DNA of 37,290 bases from Campylobacterota bacterium. Lineage in GTDB: Bacteria > Campylobacterota > Campylobacteria > Campylobacterales > Sulfurimonadaceae. The notes under the pieces were generated by a model. That model worked only from the letters and a program-made list of their open reading frames with translations. It had not been told where the DNA came from and made no database searches. Each line of letters begins with the position of its first letter. The stretch's first letter is position 1. This document shows, piece by piece, positions 33,157 to 37,290 of the stretch. Both the position numbers and the translations under genes were made by a program. The stretch lies in contig JAYEKO010000064.1 of the NCBI GenBank assembly GCA_034661055.1, positions 1-37,290 on the forward strand. The letters run 5' to 3'.

Positions 33157-34929
33157 TTAATAAATCACCTCATTAAAATAAGCACTATACTTTCCATCTT
33201 GAAGTGCCAAAAGTTCCGTAGGAGTCCCCTCTTCAACAACACGACCCTCATTTAAAATATAGATGTAGTCAGCATTTTCAATGGTTTTGAGTCTGTGAGT
33301 TATAATAAGCATACTCTTCTCTTCTAGATGCTCTTGTAACGATCTAAAAAGATTGGCTTCGGTTACGACATCAAGTGCTGATGTGGACTCATCCAAGATA
33401 ATGACATTAGGTTCAGTCACTAGCATTCTTGCAATGGCCGCTCTTTGACGCTCCCCGCCACTGAGCCGAATACCGTCTTTACCAATTTGAGTATTGAGTC
33501 CATCTGTTAATTTCTCCATAACACTTTCAAGCTGAGCAATATGGAGTGCTTTATAGAGTTTTTCATCTGTAATTTCACGACCCAATGTTAGATTGTGTCG
33601 AAGAGAGTCATTAAACATCTTAGGCTGTTGGAGTACTAAAGCAATATTTTCACGCATCACATCAAGCCCAATATCGGCAACATGAGTACCATCAACTGAG
33701 ATATCACCTTTTTTTGTAGCATAAAGACCGAGTAGAATATGAGCTAAAGTTGTTTTACCACTACCGCTAGAACCAAGTAGTGCTACAGTTTTGCCTTTTG
33801 GTATTTTAATATTGACATCATGTAAAATCTCTTTGTCTCCATAAGAGAAACAGATGTTTTTGAGTTCAATAGCATTGGTTGTGGTCTCTTTGAAAGGATT
33901 ATGGACATGAGTGTAATGAGGCTCTTTTTCCAAACATAAGAGGGCATCAAGTCGTTGCAGTGCAGTAGAAGCATTGGCATAGCTAAAAATAATATTTAGC
34001 AGCTCTTGAAGAGGGGTTATCATAAACCATAGGTATCCAATAACAGCAAACATCTCTCCAATACTTAAATCAGACATCAGTACCATAAACATTGCAGTAG
34101 CCCGAAAGACCTCAAAACCGCTTAGAAAAATAAATGAGGAGAGATGTGATGCCGCTTCACTCTTCCATCCAAATGAAGTTGAAGCATCTTTGATGGCTTT
34201 GGCATTACCTACCATCTTGTCAATATAGCGCTCTTCTTGGTTATGAGTACGTACTTGAATAAATAGATCTAGTGTCTCAGATAGTGCGTTTTGAAAGGTC
34301 TCAATATTCTCATTCTCAGCTCGCTTTAGCTTGCCAATGCGTTTTCCTAAAAGCATCGTAACCGTAACAACGATAGGATTAATAACTAAAATAATAAGCG
34401 CTAGTTCAAAATCGATGGTAAGAAGAATAACAGCAATACCAATAAGAGAGAGTACAGAGATAAAAAAACGCCCAATACTTACTCCTAAAAAGGTATCAAC
34501 CGTGTTAATATCGGTAACGAGTTTAGAGCTAATACCTCCACCACCAAGAGATTCATACTCGGCAATAGAGACATCTTTTAGATGATACAGCAGTCTAGTT
34601 CGGATACTGTAGACAATCTCTTTAGAGACAGAGGTGAAAACTTTTGAACCAATTGCATTTAAAATAAAAAACATCAACCTAAAAAATAGGGTAATAAAAA
34701 AGATAATTACAATATACATGTAAATTTCATTTGGAGCAAAGAGTGCATCCATAGTAGCAACTAAACTAGCAGGTTTATCTAATAGCACTTCATCAATTAG
34801 TAGTGGAAAAAGTAAGGGAATAGGTAGAGAAAGTACTACGGCAAAAAAGGCAATAACCTGTCCAATAACAATCTGTTTTTTATGCTGCTTTGCTTCATTA
34901 AAAAGTGCGTGCCATGTTAATTTTTTCAT
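33157..34929 (-). CDS. ABC exporter, fused permease/ATPase (MsbA-like)
   Basis: N-terminal TM domain; GSSGSGKT, LSGGERQR, ILDESTSALD, THRL. Confidence 0.93.
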   Translation of the reverse strand: MKKLTWHALFNEAKQHKKQIVIGQVIAFFAVVLSLPIPLLFPLLIDEVLLDKPASLVATMDALFAPNEIYMYIVIIFFITLFFRLMFFILNAIGSKVFTSVSKEIVYSIRTRLLYHLKDVSIAEYESLGGGGISSKLVTDINTVDTFLGVSIGRFFISVLSLIGIAVILLTIDFELALIILVINPIVVTVTMLLGKRIGKLKRAENENIETFQNALSETLDLFIQVRTHNQEERYIDKMVGNAKAIKDASTSFGWKSEAASHLSSFIFLSGFEVFRATAMFMVLMSDLSIGEMFAVIGYLWFMITPLQELLNIIFSYANASTALQRLDALLCLEKEPHYTHVHNPFKETTTNAIELKNICFSYGDKEILHDVNIKIPKGKTVALLGSSGSGKTTLAHILLGLYATKKGDISVDGTHVADIGLDVMRENIALVLQQPKMFNDSLRHNLTLGREITDEKLYKALHIAQLESVMEKLTDGLNTQIGKDGIRLSGGERQRAAIARMLVTEPNVIILDESTSALDVVTEANLFRSLQEHLEEKSMLIITHRLKTIENADYIYILNEGRVVEEGTPTELLALQDGKYSAYFNEVIY

Positions 34930-34956
34930 TGTTATGATTATAGCTCAAAGAGCGTA

Positions 34957-35310
34957 TTATTTAGGAAGGTTCTCAGAAGTGTTAAGTTTTATGACAGTTT
35001 GGGCCATTGTCTGATTATGCTCATCTTTAACGAGTACTTTCCACTCACCTAAAGAGCGTCCGTGATAATAACGATAGTCATACACAGAGCCGTGATGTGC
35101 CGGTAGTACAAAACTATGCTCTCTAAAGTCATACTCTTTATCTGGAGATTTCCAGTGAAAGGAGATATTTCTATCAAAACTGACACGCTGTGTAAAGAAT
35201 GTACACTGAATACGTTTGCTCTCTACACCTAAAACCTCACAAAAAACGGAATTTTCAGCATGTAGAGGAGAAAGAAGTAATAATGTTATAATTGTTATAA
35301 AATATTTCAA
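34957..35310 (-). CDS. Small secreted hypothetical protein
   Basis: TTG start after GGGAG; signal peptide ending PLHA; beta-rich with GEWKVLVKDE; two Cys. Confidence 0.7.
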   Translation of the reverse strand: MKYFITIITLLLLSPLHAENSVFCEVLGVESKRIQCTFFTQRVSFDRNISFHWKSPDKEYDFREHSFVLPAHHGSVYDYRYYHGRSLGEWKVLVKDEHNQTMAQTVIKLNTSENLPK

Positions 35311-35406
35311 TGTTACTCCCTGATAAATTATGTTTTGACATTGTAGCGAATTAAAATAGAGAAATGCTTAAGGATTTTATATCACAACAAGTCTATTGTT
35401 CTACTT

Positions 35407-35502
35407 TCACACATAATCACCTGTTAAATTGATATGTTCGAGCAAGTGTGTTTCTACTCCCTTCTTTGCTAAAGCTCTATTATAGATAATAAAATGGGCT
35501 GA
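35407..35502 (-). pseudogene. Scar of a Tn3-family transposase C-terminus
   Basis: Minus-strand translation ...RALAKKGVETHLL-EHINLTGDYV-stop. EHINLTGDY(V/L)W is the conserved C-terminal motif of Tn21/Tn501-type TnpA; the Trp position is TGA here. Confidence 0.65.
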
Positions 35503-35506
35503 ATAT

Positions 35507-36998
35507 TTATTGTATCTCTACAATCTGTATTCCAGCCAAACCATCAGAGATAAACAGATACTTCTCATCAGCTGACAACAGCATATCATTTGTATTTCCA
35601 CGAGTCTCTAATTCCATTATTTTTTCAGTATTTCCCCATTGATCTAGTTTTCCAAGATTATAAATAGCTATATTATTTGAGAGAGACCAATTTTGGAGCT
35701 CATATGAAAATAATCCACTAGTAGATATTAAACGCTTAACAAAGTTTTGATACACATAATCTATCTTTCCATATTCATCTGTTTCATACGCTTGATAAGG
35801 GTCATAAGGATCAGCAATATTCACATCTATACGTTCCTTTTGTTCATAATAATCTATTAAAAATGATATTTCATTATCTGACTTCCATGAAATATTCAAC
35901 ATCCCCTCTCCCCTATCTATATCATTTAAACTCGATGCATGCTCTGGATTCTCTGCATCTTGTACATCTATAATATCAAAGCTATATCTACCTATAACAT
36001 ATACAAATTTTCCATCTAATGATACAATGAGATCTAGAGGTTCATAGTCATCGTCTTCAAAAATATATTCCCCTTTTAAATTACATTACCTAAGTTTAAC
36101 TCTGCTGTACTTTTAGCCTCAATTGTAAAAAATGCGCTTCCTCCTGGAGTACTAACGCTGACACCTATAGTCTCTTGACAAGAGTCTGAAAGTTCCATGG
36201 AGCTACTTCCAGAAATAGAAATAGGATAGACTCCTGGTCCTGGGTCACCATGAGAATGTTCAAATGTCAAACCTGGGACATCAGCAATATCTTTTTCGCC
36301 ACCTGAGAAAGAGAGGTTCATATTCACTTCTGGATTAAGCCATGAAAGCGTATTGATGGCCAATCAGGATCAGCTCGATTTGTATTTCTAAGGTTCCAGT
36401 TTAGGGAACCTGGTATTAGATGAATTGGATCATTATCAAATGTAAAATGATTTCCTCCATTGGAGACATGATCAGCTGGTGTTGCGACACTGATCATACG
36501 AAATTTTATATTGGAGCAACTACCAAATTCTTTAAGTAAAATATCATATGCCTCATTAGTAAAATAGTTTCCTTGAGAATGGGCCACTACTATTACTGAT
36601 TGTCCTGCTTTTAAAGCAGTTCTGTAAGCATCAATTTGTTCATTTAATGTAATATCATGCAATTCGTCATAATTAAAATATTTATAAATAATATCTAGCA
36701 TCAGGTCGGGCAGTGCACCAAATATATCCCAAAACCATCCCCATTGATCATCACCGTTTAGCTGTTGATATGCTTCCAAAAAATCAGCTATCATACCTTC
36801 TGACTGATTATAAGAGATAGAAGGAGTTCCATCTAAGCCTAATGATATATATTGTTCTTTCCAAGCTAATAGAAGGTCGCGCTCTTGTTTTTTGACTCCC
36901 ACGCCATTAGCATAAAATACTCTACTGCCACAAGAATCAGCAAAAAGATTTAAATTTATAAAAGATAGAAGTATGAATAAATATATAAATCTCTTCAT
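35507..36998 (-). pseudogene. Secreted alpha/beta hydrolase + YfaP-like domain + LVIVD-type repeats, broken into three frames
   Basis: Frame 1 (36998-36324): signal peptide, FYANG, VVAHSQGN, VATP. Frame 2 (about 36350-36076): LSW...MNL...EH...PGVYP...VSTP. Frame 3 is open 36085-35507 with 61 sense codons before its first ATG, including FVYVIGRYSFDIIDVQDAENP; it ends YLFISDGLAGIQIVEI. Confidence 0.6.
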
Positions 36999-36999
36999 A

Positions 37000-37290
37000 C
37001 TATTCACCTTCTAGTATTTTTGTGATATTAAAATCACAATAACTTTCATTTAAATCACTAAGCTTAGTTGAACCATAAACTCCGCCACCTAAAAGAAGAT
37101 CGTAATCAAAATAACGTTTAATACGTTCTTTAGTATTAAGTGTTGCTTCTTTAGAAAATTTATGAGTACTTTTTTCTATAGCTATTTTCATTGTAAATTT
37201 TAAAAATATGTAACAATCTATTACTCTTTCATTATTTTTAGTAACTTCTCTCGCTTTCTCTTTTATAAGAGGCGTAGAGAGTTCAATCTG
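37000..37290 (-). CDS. Hypothetical protein, 5'-truncated by the window edge; partner of the hydrolase gene
   Basis: Frame stays open from 37000 to the window end (QIELSTPLIKEKAREV...DC...TLNTKERIKRYFDYDLLLGGGVY...CDF); stop lies 1 nt before the hydrolase ATG. Confidence 0.7.
   Translation of the reverse strand, partial: QIELSTPLIKEKAREVTKNNERVIDCYIFLKFTMKIAIEKSTHKFSKEATLNTKERIKRYFDYDLLLGGGVYGSTKLSDLNESYCDFNITKILEGE

Noticed and set aside
36071..36082. Minus-strand TTTAAAAGGG as a programmed -1 frameshift site
   Set aside because: The slippery heptamer is not in the upstream reading frame as canonical -1 slippage requires, and no stimulatory hairpin was seen; decay is simpler.
37170..37192. 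MKIAI.KS / ATAGCTATTTTCATT identity with the dnaN start
   Set aside because: Short AT-rich match; that ATG is internal to a longer open frame, so not a dnaN duplication or att site.

Overview
AT-rich chromosomal segment from a Campylobacterota (Sulfurimonas/Sulfurovum-like) bacterium, spanning the replication origin. Core synteny is ruvC / dnaA-dnaN-gyrB-(degenerate GGDEF-EAL)-queF-hisG. The oriC is bipartite (DnaA boxes upstream of dnaA; DUE, five DnaA-trios and boxes between dnaA and dnaN), with a third DnaA-box cluster and two parS sites beyond ruvC. Then come an RluA-family synthase, purB, nrdA, a convergent nrdB-nitrilase-pcm-LMW phosphatase operon, large envelope/signalling genes (DUF748, SBP-PAS-GGDEF-EAL, YeiH, MltF, AsmA-like, GDSL, ABC exporter) and a decayed accessory segment at the right end (frameshifted secreted hydrolase, Tn3-transposase scar). 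The most striking unexplained signal is a 12-bp palindrome, TTTACATGTAAA, scattered through coding sequence in all three reading frames (7 perfect copies, 8 one-mismatch copies, 20 TACATGTA cores by manual scan). It suggests an uncharacterised dispersed chromosomal signal. Also seen: two MITE-like palindromic elements, a probable AUU-initiated phosphatase gene, an atypical long-form HisG, a candidate sRNA hairpin and several probable leaderless genes. All counts are manual and no database searches were run.
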